Shown: positions 30,004 to 39,331, counted from the stretch's first letter. The stretch: 48,822 bases of DNA from Synechococcus sp. (GCA_051439605.1 JBFRWN010000020.1:1-48822), one strand, 5' to 3'. Program-made: numbers and translations. Notes: generated by a model not told the origin, from the sequence alone.

Positions 30004-30672
30004 TTACAACGCCCGTTTGATGGCATAAATTGACAATTCGTCTCCCACATCCTCTGCTAAATCGGCCAGAGCATCTAAAACATCAATTGCATCTCGTAAC
30101 TGGATTTTTCGTTCTAGAGGTAAATCGGAGTTGAAAATATTTCGCTTTAGCCGAATTGCAATTTGGTCGGCCTCCGATTCGTACAATCGAACTTCGTAAA
30201 CATGGTCGTTCACGGTAGCCGGCTCTCTAAAAAATGCTCTGGCTGCAACAACTGCAGACTGAACGCTTTTGACAACTGTACTGACCATCTCGGAAAAATC
30301 TTTCTGCCAAGGTAGATTCTCCCGTTCGTGGGGTACCTCGAGGGTAAACTCTTGAAAACTAGCTCCCATTAAATCGAGCAGCGAAAACATATCGTTTAAC
30401 AAATTCAGCACATCCCCCCGAAAATCCGGGATCAACATTTCAGAGTATAGGGAAGTTGAAATCGATCGCCGTAACTCGTTACAACGCCGCTTAGCAGCCA
30501 CGATCTGCTCTAATTTTTCCTCACAGGCTTCAAGGTTATCTTCACTTTCACCCAGCAATAGCATCCCTTTCTCGTAGAAAATCGCCCCTCCCGCGATCTT
30601 GTCCATAAATTCGTTGATTTGACCTTCTAGGAACTTGGCTTTGCCAAATAGGGGAGGGGTTTCAGTGGACAT
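30004..30672 (-). CDS. DUF47 (PhoU-like) phosphate transport regulator
   Basis: Helical protein with P.FRGD.L.L, ESEAD and D.LAD.AEDVGD; canonical position upstream of PiT. Confidence 0.88.
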   Translation of the reverse strand: MSTETPPLFGKAKFLEGQINEFMDKIAGGAIFYEKGMLLLGESEDNLEACEEKLEQIVAAKRRCNELRRSISTSLYSEMLIPDFRGDVLNLLNDMFSLLDLMGASFQEFTLEVPHERENLPWQKDFSEMVSTVVKSVQSAVVAARAFFREPATVNDHVYEVRLYESEADQIAIRLKRNIFNSDLPLERKIQLRDAIDVLDALADLAEDVGDELSIYAIKRAL

Positions 30673-30738
30673 CTTTAGATCTCTTGTTTTTGGAGTGCGA
30701 TAGAAAAATTTTTGGGTATGCCGTTAGGTGTTGCACTC

Positions 30739-30775
30739 GCCCCCTAAATCCCCCAACATGGGGGATTTAGGGGGC
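30739..30775. repeat. Perfect 17-bp hairpin, cyanobacterial CCCCCTAAATCCCCC-type dispersed repeat
   Basis: GCCCCCTAAATCCCCCA-ACA-TGGGGGATTTAGGGGGC, between ppk2 and DUF47. Confidence 0.85.
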
Positions 30776-30815
30776 CAATGTTAGCATCTCAAAACAGTGC
30801 AGTGACACAACTGCA

Positions 30816-31619
30816 TCAAAATATCTCGGGAATAAATCGTCTTCCTTCTAATGCCGCCACATCATCGTATGCATCCTTGCTGTGGCGCTTGCCTAACTTC
30901 ACCTCTTCGCGAGGAATTTCTTCATATGGAATGAGGCTGAGCAAGTGAGAAATACAGTTGAGACGGGCCCGGCGTTTATCGTTTGAATTCACGATATGCC
31001 AGGGAGAATAATCGAGATCGCTAGCCAGCAACATTGCGTCTCTAGCCCTAGAATAGTCATACCATCGGTTGTAGGACTCCACGTCCATGGGACTCAGCTT
31101 CCAAATCTTGCGGGGGTCTTGAATGCGTCCTTTAAATCTCCGCTCCTGCTCCTCCATACTGACGTCAAACCAATATTTGATCAGTTGAATACCGGAGTCC
31201 ACCATCGCCCGTTCGAATATTGGCACCCCTTGCAAAAAGCGGACGTATTCGGTGTCGGAGCAAAACCCCATGACTCGCTCTACGCCAGCGCGGTTGTACC
31301 AACTGCGATCGAATAGCATGATTTCACCGGCAGCCGGGAAATGATTGATATACCGCTGCAGATACATTTGGGTTTTTTCGCGGTCTGAGGGGGCAGGCAA
31401 GGCTACTACTTGAAAAACCCGAGGGCTGACCCGTTCGCTAATTGCCTTAATGACCCCTCCTTTACCGGCCGCATCTCGTCCCTCAAACAATACGATGACT
31501 TTGTGGCCGGCTGCCTGCACCCAAAGCTGCAGCTTGACTAACTCCCCATGCAATCGCTCGAGCTCTTTTTCGTATTGCTTGCGCGAAAGTTTTTCGGATT
31601 TATCGCGTTTTTTTCCCAT
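30816..31619 (-). CDS. ppk2: Polyphosphate kinase 2
   Basis: FEGRDAAGKGG.I, FDRSWYNRAGVERVMGF, WKLSPMD and DKRRARLNCI.HLL. Confidence 0.96.
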   Translation of the reverse strand: MGKKRDKSEKLSRKQYEKELERLHGELVKLQLWVQAAGHKVIVLFEGRDAAGKGGVIKAISERVSPRVFQVVALPAPSDREKTQMYLQRYINHFPAAGEIMLFDRSWYNRAGVERVMGFCSDTEYVRFLQGVPIFERAMVDSGIQLIKYWFDVSMEEQERRFKGRIQDPRKIWKLSPMDVESYNRWYDYSRARDAMLLASDLDYSPWHIVNSNDKRRARLNCISHLLSLIPYEEIPREEVKLGKRHSKDAYDDVAALEGRRFIPEIF

Positions 31620-31945
31620 TGCTCATTTCTCGATTTTAGATCTCCAACAGCAAACTCTTTTAATAACGCAACACACACAAACTCAAGCATTTTCAGCTTT
31701 TCTGACTAAACTTATTGCTAAGTCAAGGACCACCCAATCGGCACGGCAAAGATTTATACGGAATTGCCATCGCAATTATGCCATTTAGAGTCATAAAGGC
31801 GTTTTGAGAGGTTAAGAAGATCTCTCAAGCAGGCTATAGAACGAATCCTTAAGATTGACGGTAAATATTGACTTAGCTTACCAACGAATTCTCAGTTACT
31901 TTTCCCAAAAAGACATCACTAGGAGCTTATATCATCTACGCATCA

Positions 31946-31975
31946 CATAACCTGTTCTTAACCAAGATCTTACAA
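31946..31975 (+). promoter_or_regulatory. Putative SphR/PhoB Pho box
   Basis: CATAACCT-gtt-CTTAACCA-aga-TCTTACAA: 8-bp repeats with 3-bp spacers resembling the cyanobacterial CTTAACCT consensus (third repeat weak), upstream of a phosphate operon. Confidence 0.55.
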
Positions 31976-32327
31976 AAATTGACTTGACACCTTAATAGGA
32001 TTGTCAGACAAGCTTGAAAAAAGAGATACATCTACTGTGATGATTGACATGGGAGTTACGATAAGTATTCTTCATTCAGAGCCGATTATCAATACTCCCT
32101 TTGGCTTCGCAGCAAACGTTCGGGCTGCCACTCTTAAGCACAAAATAAACAATCTAAGTTTTTAACTTTTGTCTCAACTTTTGTCTCAACAGAGCTGCAA
32201 CTCATCCTGCCCTTTTTGTCGGTGACACTTAAGGATTTCGTAAGAACGTCAATAGGAAATTGGCTGTACTTTTTTGTCGCTTCAAATCTCGCCCGAGTGA
32301 ATCGCTCTAGCTGCAGAGATCGATGAA

Positions 32328-33503
32328 TTATTCCGAGCTAGACAAGAGAGGGTTGTCCGAATGAACTTCGAATAATTGATAGGGTACAACCCGTACATTT
32401 AGATCGACAGGGATCTTCATCTTGTTAGACAGGGCCTGTTGAAGTGTTTCAACATTCTTCATCTCAACTAGGTTCTCAGGAGCAATGATATTGGCCTCAA
32501 CAGATAAGGTGTTATTGCTTAACTTAGAATTGATAAAAATATTCTCGATTTGCCCGGTCCAGTTGGGAAAGGACTCAAATGCAGTCTGGCGGATTTCGGA
32601 TTTGGCGTAATTTTCCTGGACCAATTCCTGCAGCGAGGCTTTGAGCGGGAGGGTGACAGCCAAAACGAAAACTAAAGCAACGGACATCCCCATTGCCGCA
32701 TGTCTCAAGGTGCTGTAAGACCCTAATAGGAAGACTGTCGCAGCACTGAAGGCGATCGCAACTAAGTTTGTAAAAAATAACAGGCTTGCCCCCACCGCCA
32801 AGCTATAGTCACCCACGGTTGCGATGTGAGCGGCGCTCAATCGCTCCCCCATACCCAATCCGATACCCACCACACACAAAGGGGGAACCAAGGCAACCGC
32901 GATGGCTACCCCAGCCGGGGCATCCGCAAGTTTAGGGCGAGTAAGTGAAAAGGCACCGGCGGCACCGGCAGCTAGTGCAACCACTAAATCTAGTAGGGTG
33001 GGGTTGCCCCGCGACAAAATCTCTGGTCCTGCAAAGCGCGAGCCAATTGCAATTGACAGGAAATAGGACACCATTACTGTCAAGACGATGCCGGTGGACA
33101 ACGTCCACAGTGAGCGCCTGATTAGCCTGACATCGGAATGGACCAGTCCGTAGGACAGGGTATCGATCGGGGTTTTGAGGGGCGCGATAATCATGGCCCC
33201 GATAATGGTGGCGGCGCTATTGGCAATCAAACCCGAAGTGGCAATTAAGGATGAAAGGATCAGTAAAAAGTAATAGCTAAAGGACGGAATAGAGCTCTTC
33301 AGCATGGACTCCATCAACTTTTCGTGGGGGAGTTGCTCGCGGACGGTGACCCGCCACTCTCCCACGAAGCTGTCTCGCAGCCATTGCAGCCAAGCCAGAA
33401 TCCGATCGATCATCGCACTTTTCCCGTAACCCGATCGCCTGTACCAGTGCCAAGCACTCGATCCCAGGAGATTTTGTGCAAGATTTTCCCAGGTCTGCAG
33501 CAA
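32328..33503 (-). CDS. DUF389 family membrane protein
   Basis: IAT.GL..NS.ATIIGAMIIAPL, EILSR..PTLLDL.VALAAG.AG and GVAIAVALVPPL.VVG. Start uncertain. Confidence 0.88.
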   Translation of the reverse strand: MLQTWENLAQNLLGSSAWHWYRRSGYGKSAMIDRILAWLQWLRDSFVGEWRVTVREQLPHEKLMESMLKSSIPSFSYYFLLILSSLIATSGLIANSAATIIGAMIIAPLKTPIDTLSYGLVHSDVRLIRRSLWTLSTGIVLTVMVSYFLSIAIGSRFAGPEILSRGNPTLLDLVVALAAGAAGAFSLTRPKLADAPAGVAIAVALVPPLCVVGIGLGMGERLSAAHIATVGDYSLAVGASLLFFTNLVAIAFSAATVFLLGSYSTLRHAAMGMSVALVFVLAVTLPLKASLQELVQENYAKSEIRQTAFESFPNWTGQIENIFINSKLSNNTLSVEANIIAPENLVEMKNVETLQQALSNKMKIPVDLNVRVVPYQLFEVHSDNPLLSSSE

Positions 33504-33723
33504 AAAACACTTTAAAACAATGCGAAAGTTGAATATTGTCGAACAGCTAAAGATTGGATCGTTCGTCTGACTTTCATGAAGGGAAAGATTGTTGCGCTAA
33601 GACTGAAACCTATCCAAACCACTGTCCAGAACGGTACTGAATCTGTCCTGAAAGAAACCTGAATATTGCCGTTGAAATCGCCCCAGACCTTTAGAGTGAC
33701 TGACAAAGGGCGATGGCGCAATC

Positions 33724-35844
33724 ATGGCATTAATAATACATAAACCTCTGCTGAACTGTTTGGCGATCGCAACCGTCAGCATCGCTAGCGAAATCTCGAT
33801 GACTTGCTTGACCAGCAGGGAATATGCCGCTAATGCACAAGCCGGCAGCGATCCGCTCGACGAACATTTCGATCCGAAAGGCAACCTTCCCTCAAGATTT
33901 ACCGTCGAAGCCCAACAGCAACAGCGGGAAAGCCTGCCTTTCGAAGACGAACGCGATTTGGAAGAAGCCCAACGGGGATTTATTGCCGCCCCCGACTACA
34001 CGCAAATTATGGCGGAAGCTGGCAATGTAGCTTGGGATATCGGTAGTTACGAATGGTTACTGGAGAGACGGGATTTCGACAGTATTCACCCGTCCTTGCA
34101 GCGCCAGGCCATCCTCAACATGAATTACGGCCTGTTCGAAGTTCTGCCCGATCGCATCTATCAAGTTCGCGGCTTCGACCTGGCCAACATCACCTTCATC
34201 AAGAGCGACACCGGCTGGATTGTCTTCGACCCCCTTACATCTAAAGAAACGGCACGAGCAGCCCTCGAACTGATTAACGAACAACTCGGCGAACGTCCCG
34301 TTGTAGCTGTTGCCTACTCCCACACCCATGCCGACCACTTTGGCGGCGTGCGTGGCGTGGTGGATGAGGCGGATGTTCGCAGCGGCGATGTGCCGATCGT
34401 TGCCCCAGAAGGCTTTATGGAGCACGCAGTTGCTGAGAATGTCTACGCTGGAAACGCCATGAACCGGCGCTTGTTCTTCCAGTACGGCGTTCTCCTCTCC
34501 CGTGGTCCCTTCGGCCATGTGGATCAATCCATTGGCAAAAATATATCTGCAGGAACTTCGGGGCTCATTCCTCCTACCATCTCCATCGAAGGTGACATTG
34601 AGGAACTCACTATTGACGGCGTTCGGATGATTTTCCAAAACACCCCCGGTACCGAAGCGCCGGCGGAAATGAACACCTATTTCCCCGACCTGAAGGCATT
34701 TTGGGCTGCCGAGAATATCACCGGCACCATCCACAATATCTATACGCTGCGCGGGGCCCCCGTGCGCGATGCGTTGGAGTGGTCGAGGCAAATCAATAAC
34801 GCCCTCTACCTGTTTGGGCAAGAGGCCGAGGTGATGTTTTCCTCCCACAGTTGGCCCCGCTGGGGTAACGATCGCATCCAAGAGGTGATGCGCACCCAAC
34901 GGGACACCTACGCCAACCTCAACAATGGCGTGATGCACTTGGCCAATCAAGGGGTGACCATCAACCAAGTTCACAACGTTTACGAAGTGCCCGAAAGCCT
35001 GCAACAGCAATGGGCGGCCCGCAGCTACCACGGTTCGGTACAGCACAACAGCCGAGCGGTCATCAACCGCTATTTGGGCTACTGGGATGGCAACCCCACA
35101 ACGCTGATTCCCCTATCTCCCGAGGATTCCGCCCCGCTTTATGTAGAGATGATGGGGGGTGCAGAGCCGATTATCGCGCGGGGGAGAGAACTCTACATCG
35201 AAGGGGATTACCTGAACGCCCAGGAGATTCTCAACAAGCTGGTCTACGCGGAACCCGAGAATCAGCAGGCGAAGGATCTGCTTGCCGATGTCTTCGAACA
35301 AATCGGCTACCAGCAAGAAAGCCCCAGCGTCCGCAACAGCTTTTTAGCTGCGGCTTACGAGCTGCGAAACGGCATCCCCAGCGGTACCACAACCGAAACT
35401 GCCGGGCCGGATGTCATCCGGGCAATGCCCACAGAGTTATGGCTGGACTTTTTGGGGATTCGCTTGGATAGCCAGCAAGCTGAAGGGGTAGAGTTCGCGA
35501 TTAATCTTGTTACCCCCGATAACGATGAACAGTTTGTGGTAGAGCTAAGCAACGCCACCCTCACTAACATCAAAGGATTTCAGGCGGACGATGCCGATCT
35601 AACTATCACTATCGATCGCGACAACCTCGTACAGACGATGATGGGGGCAGTGTCCTTTGACGAGCAGGTAGAGTCGGGGACTGCCCAATTAGAGGGGGAT
35701 GCGCAGGTGTACGAGCAGTTAAAGGATGTGCTGGTGCAGTTCGATCTGGGCTTCGAAATGATGCCCGGAACGGGTGACGCGGACCTGACCCCGGAAAAGA
35801 ATCCGTTTGAACAAGCAGAACTGGGGGACACGTCTGGCGGCTAA
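33724..35844 (+). CDS. Alkyl sulfatase (SdsA1/BDS1-type: MBL fold, dimerisation domain, SCP2-like domain)
   Basis: PSLQRQA.LN, IYQVRGFDLAN, YSHTHADHFGG (HxHxDH), TPGTEAPAEM, HNIYTLRGA.VRD, H.WP.WG and YLGYWDGNP. Confidence 0.93.
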   Translation: MALIIHKPLLNCLAIATVSIASEISMTCLTSREYAANAQAGSDPLDEHFDPKGNLPSRFTVEAQQQQRESLPFEDERDLEEAQRGFIAAPDYTQIMAEAGNVAWDIGSYEWLLERRDFDSIHPSLQRQAILNMNYGLFEVLPDRIYQVRGFDLANITFIKSDTGWIVFDPLTSKETARAALELINEQLGERPVVAVAYSHTHADHFGGVRGVVDEADVRSGDVPIVAPEGFMEHAVAENVYAGNAMNRRLFFQYGVLLSRGPFGHVDQSIGKNISAGTSGLIPPTISIEGDIEELTIDGVRMIFQNTPGTEAPAEMNTYFPDLKAFWAAENITGTIHNIYTLRGAPVRDALEWSRQINNALYLFGQEAEVMFSSHSWPRWGNDRIQEVMRTQRDTYANLNNGVMHLANQGVTINQVHNVYEVPESLQQQWAARSYHGSVQHNSRAVINRYLGYWDGNPTTLIPLSPEDSAPLYVEMMGGAEPIIARGRELYIEGDYLNAQEILNKLVYAEPENQQAKDLLADVFEQIGYQQESPSVRNSFLAAAYELRNGIPSGTTTETAGPDVIRAMPTELWLDFLGIRLDSQQAEGVEFAINLVTPDNDEQFVVELSNATLTNIKGFQADDADLTITIDRDNLVQTMMGAVSFDEQVESGTAQLEGDAQVYEQLKDVLVQFDLGFEMMPGTGDADLTPEKNPFEQAELGDTSGG

Positions 35845-36043
35845 TGATTGTTGGCGGGTCTAGACCTCCCAGAGGCCTAACAAGTCAAGACTCAATCCAG
35901 GTATCCCCGGAACGCCTTCAATGGAAGGGATTCGTACGATCTCGGGCTCTCCAACCTCCAATTTGTAAACTTCAACCAAGTGGCAAATTGGATTCGATCT
36001 GCTAACTTTTACTCAATTAGTCTGTTAAAAACGGTATGCAGTT

Positions 36044-36451
36044 ATGGAAACCGCCGAGAATATTACCCTGATAATTGCTATCTTTTTAGTCCTAGGGCAA
36101 ATTCTATCAATTAGAAATGCTGCAATTCATGGTGGTGGTATTTTCCCCGCGAGCGTTCCATCGCTCCTATTCTTTATTATTTCTATTGTGATAGTTCTGG
36201 CTTTGCAATTATCTCCATTTCATCTTATTTGGCTTTTAATTGTTTGCTTTATCGTGGGGATATTAGCTATAGTGTCTCCTCAGGTACAACAACTTAGCAT
36301 GGGATTTTTTGTCCTTCTTTCTATGACAGGCAGTAAATATAAAGACGATAAAGAGGAGGAGGAAAAGGAGGTTAAAAAGTCAGTAGAAACCGATCTGCCT
36401 GTCTTTACCAATCACAAGAAAGCAAAAGAGAAGAAGCGAGGCTTTGGTTAG
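36044..36451 (+). CDS. Hypothetical membrane protein with charged C-terminal tail
   Basis: 135 aa, 3-4 hydrophobic helices, K/E-rich tail ending KKRGFG; AT-rich. Confidence 0.65.
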   Translation: METAENITLIIAIFLVLGQILSIRNAAIHGGGIFPASVPSLLFFIISIVIVLALQLSPFHLIWLLIVCFIVGILAIVSPQVQQLSMGFFVLLSMTGSKYKDDKEEEEKEVKKSVETDLPVFTNHKKAKEKKRGFG

Positions 36452-36836
36452 TCAGAGATACCTTTATAAATCGTGTCTACTCAGCCGGAATAAATTTGCA
36501 ATCTTTCGTTAGTCCAGGATTTAAGTCTGAGTTGCCCTTATCCGATCTGCTTTTTCAGAGCAGCAGACGAACAGGCGATCCGTTTTGGCTTTTCCGAGAG
36601 CTTTTTATCCGCCGCTGGTCTCAAGTGTTATGCGACAAGTCTTCGGTGAGGGCTATCCGGAAAGCGATCAATCGGTGGATATTACTAAGAAACCGTAAAT
36701 CATTTATATAGCTGTAATTGGGATGATATTATTGATGTAGCGAGCAAAAAATTGTCCCTAAAGTAAATGATAGTAATTCAAGTCGAGCCAGATCGTATAA
36801 CTTGCTACTTTTTCTTGACAGTTAGGAGACGAATTT

Positions 36837-37214
36837 ATGGATCCTGTTTCGCTTATTCTTTCGGCATTGGTAGCTGGCGCAGCAAAATCTGCTGGTGATG
36901 TGGCTCAAGACACCTACAAAGGCTTGAAAGCATTAATTAAGCATAAGTTTGATGGCCAAGGTAAAGCAGATTCAGCGATAATTCTTGATAAGTACGAAGA
37001 GAAGCCCGAAAAAACAAAACTCCTTCTTGAAGATGAATTGACTGAGATAGGGGCTGATAGGGACGAAGAAATTATCAAACTGGCCCAAAAGCTAATGGAG
37101 CAATTAAATCCTAAAGAAGCAGCTGAGGGCAAGTTTAGCGTTCAAATATCTGGCGGTACAATTCAGGGTTTCACACAGCAAAATACTGGGACAATAAATC
37201 AGAACTTTGGATAA
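36837..37214 (+). CDS. Bell-like (HeLo/HeLL-analogous) small effector with C-terminal amyloid-type motif
   Basis: AGGAG RBS; hydrophobic N-terminal helix MDPVSLILSALVAGAA; D.Y..LK.LI..KF; helical core; C-terminal VQISGGTIQGFTQQNTGTINQNFG. Confidence 0.8.
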   Translation: MDPVSLILSALVAGAAKSAGDVAQDTYKGLKALIKHKFDGQGKADSAIILDKYEEKPEKTKLLLEDELTEIGADRDEEIIKLAQKLMEQLNPKEAAEGKFSVQISGGTIQGFTQQNTGTINQNFG

Positions 37215-37231
37215 TCAAGGGTTCTTAGAGA

Positions 37232-39331
37232 ATGGCTAATGATAAATCTTTCAATATTTCTGGAGGTAAAGTTCAGGGGTTTATCCAAGAAAATAGTGGG
37301 ACCGTCACTCAAAATTTTATTTATCAAGTATCTGATTTGATTGATGGGCAGGCATCCAATGCGGAACAGCCCTTAACTCGATTGGAATACCGCCAGAGAA
37401 CAGTTTTACTGAGTAAAGTCAAAGAATATTGGATCGAAGGGGTTTTAGAAAAGTCATTGCTTACCAACGAAATGGTTAAGCTCGATCTGGAAGAGCGATC
37501 GGATGCAATAGAGCGTCCATTTAGTGGCTTCGAGGAACTACCGGAAGAGTCCAGACAAATTTATCCTACAGGGACAGACGCAACTGAGATCTTCAATCAA
37601 ATCGGAGAGGGGCGAACTCTGTTGATTTTGGGAGACCCCGGGGCGGGAAAAACCCTAACCCTCCTCAAACTGGGACAGAATTTGATTGCTCGTGCCGAAG
37701 TAAATGCGAGTTCCCTAATCCCAGTCGTGTTTAACTTATCTTCTTGGGGGTGTAAACGGCAATCGATCGCAGATTGGCTCGTCCAAGAACTTTGGAATAA
37801 ATACCAAGTTCCTAAAGGAGTTAGTAAATGCTGGATTAAAAGTCAGCAACTGCTACTGCTACTGGATGGACTAGACGAGGTAAAAGCCGATCGGAGGGAA
37901 GCTTGTGTCAACGCGATTAACCAATTTATCCAAGAACACGGACAGACTGAGATGGTAGTCTGCAGTCGTATTGCAGATTATGAAATTCTTTCTACCCGTC
38001 TAGAATTGCGAGGCTCGATCTTTATTCGCCCTCTGACTTCTGAGCAAGTTAATCGATATTTGGATAGGGCTGGCGAACAACTTGAAGCCGTCAAAACTCT
38101 GTTGACCGAAGATACTGCTCTGGAAGAACTAACGAAATCTCCATTAACGCTTAGTATCATCACTTTGGCTTATCAAGGTAAGAGGGTGGAAGAACTATCT
38201 CAAACAGGCTCAGTAGAAGAACGCCGCAAGCAGCTGTTTGATGCTTACATTGAGCGGTTATTTGAGCGTAAAGGAGGTAGACAGCAATGTTCTGAAGATC
38301 GCATGAGGTATTGGCTAACTTGGCTAGCTCAGCAAATGTCTCAAACGTCTCAAACAGTTTTTTTGATTGAGCAAATCCAGCCTACTTGGTTGCCAGAAGA
38401 TTCTCGGCGGTCGATCTATTCAGTCGGAGTCAGCTTAACTGTGGGGCTGACTGCGGCTGTCTTTCATGCTGCACCACTATCCAGTGTATTCGAAGGGGGA
38501 AAGGGTCTAGCATATGGGCTGGTGGGAGGTGTAATAGCTGGGCTAATTTACGGCTTATTGGGGGGGATGATTAGTAGATGGCTTAGTGGGATCGTAGCTT
38601 GTTTAGCTATGGGTTTAACCCTTGGAATCCTTTTCGGAGTGCTGTTTTGGCTGGTTTTAGGTCTAAATTTTGGACTCACTTATGGAATCTTGTATGCTAT
38701 ATGTAGTGCGATCATTTATGATTTTTTTATCAACGATATTGAGCCGGTTGACACCCTCAAATGGTCTTGGATAAAAGCGCTTAAGAACTTGAGATTTGCG
38801 CTAATTTTTATAATAGTACTTTCGGTTACAAACGGGTTGATTTTTGGACTCATTTTTGGCTTGCTCCTTTGGTTGATTTTGGGCTGGGAAAAACAGACCG
38901 AAATAACTACAACAACCAGACCTAACCAAGGCATCTGGAAATCAGTACAAGATACAATTAAAGTAGCTGCAACTATTGGTCTGTTTTCCGGATTATGTTT
39001 AGGTTTGATTCAGGACAGGTATACTTTAATGCCTGAAGCTAACAGCTATGTATTTGGTCTGGCAAATGGAATTATATTTGGCTACGTTGCCGCCTTACTG
39101 TCTACTGGTGGGGCGGGATTTGTGTGTTTTAAACACTTAATCTTACGGTTTCTCCTTTGGCGCAGTGGGTGTATTCCGTGGAACTATGCTCGCTTTCTTG
39201 ACTACGCTGCTGAGCGTATTTTCTTACAAAAAGTGGGTGGTGGTTATATATTTGTCCATCGGATGTTGCTGGAACATTTTGCCCACTTGAAGCGAATTGG
39301 AATAGAGGCCGCTACGAACTTGAGAGGATGA
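37232..39331 (+). CDS. NACHT (STAND/NLR-like) NTPase with N-terminal amyloid-type motif and multi-pass membrane region
   Basis: N-terminal FNISGGKVQGFIQENSGTVTQNF; Walker A ILGDPGAGKT; Walker B LLLLLDGLDEV; VCSR; SPL; WL.WLA; Gly/Leu-rich TM helices; C-terminal GGGYIFVHRMLLEHFA. Confidence 0.9.
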   Translation: MANDKSFNISGGKVQGFIQENSGTVTQNFIYQVSDLIDGQASNAEQPLTRLEYRQRTVLLSKVKEYWIEGVLEKSLLTNEMVKLDLEERSDAIERPFSGFEELPEESRQIYPTGTDATEIFNQIGEGRTLLILGDPGAGKTLTLLKLGQNLIARAEVNASSLIPVVFNLSSWGCKRQSIADWLVQELWNKYQVPKGVSKCWIKSQQLLLLLDGLDEVKADRREACVNAINQFIQEHGQTEMVVCSRIADYEILSTRLELRGSIFIRPLTSEQVNRYLDRAGEQLEAVKTLLTEDTALEELTKSPLTLSIITLAYQGKRVEELSQTGSVEERRKQLFDAYIERLFERKGGRQQCSEDRMRYWLTWLAQQMSQTSQTVFLIEQIQPTWLPEDSRRSIYSVGVSLTVGLTAAVFHAAPLSSVFEGGKGLAYGLVGGVIAGLIYGLLGGMISRWLSGIVACLAMGLTLGILFGVLFWLVLGLNFGLTYGILYAICSAIIYDFFINDIEPVDTLKWSWIKALKNLRFALIFIIVLSVTNGLIFGLIFGLLLWLILGWEKQTEITTTTRPNQGIWKSVQDTIKVAATIGLFSGLCLGLIQDRYTLMPEANSYVFGLANGIIFGYVAALLSTGGAGFVCFKHLILRFLLWRSGCIPWNYARFLDYAAERIFLQKVGGGYIFVHRMLLEHFAHLKRIGIEAATNLRG

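Noticed and set aside
32164..32190. Tandem AACTTTTGTCTC x2
   Set aside because: A simple 12-bp duplication with no supporting context.
34057..35046. 329-aa antisense ORF inside the alkyl sulfatase, and similar shadow ORFs over groEL, carA, gghA and pit
   Set aside because: These are antisense or alternate-frame shadows of well-supported genes with biased codon usage, and they have no recognisable motifs.
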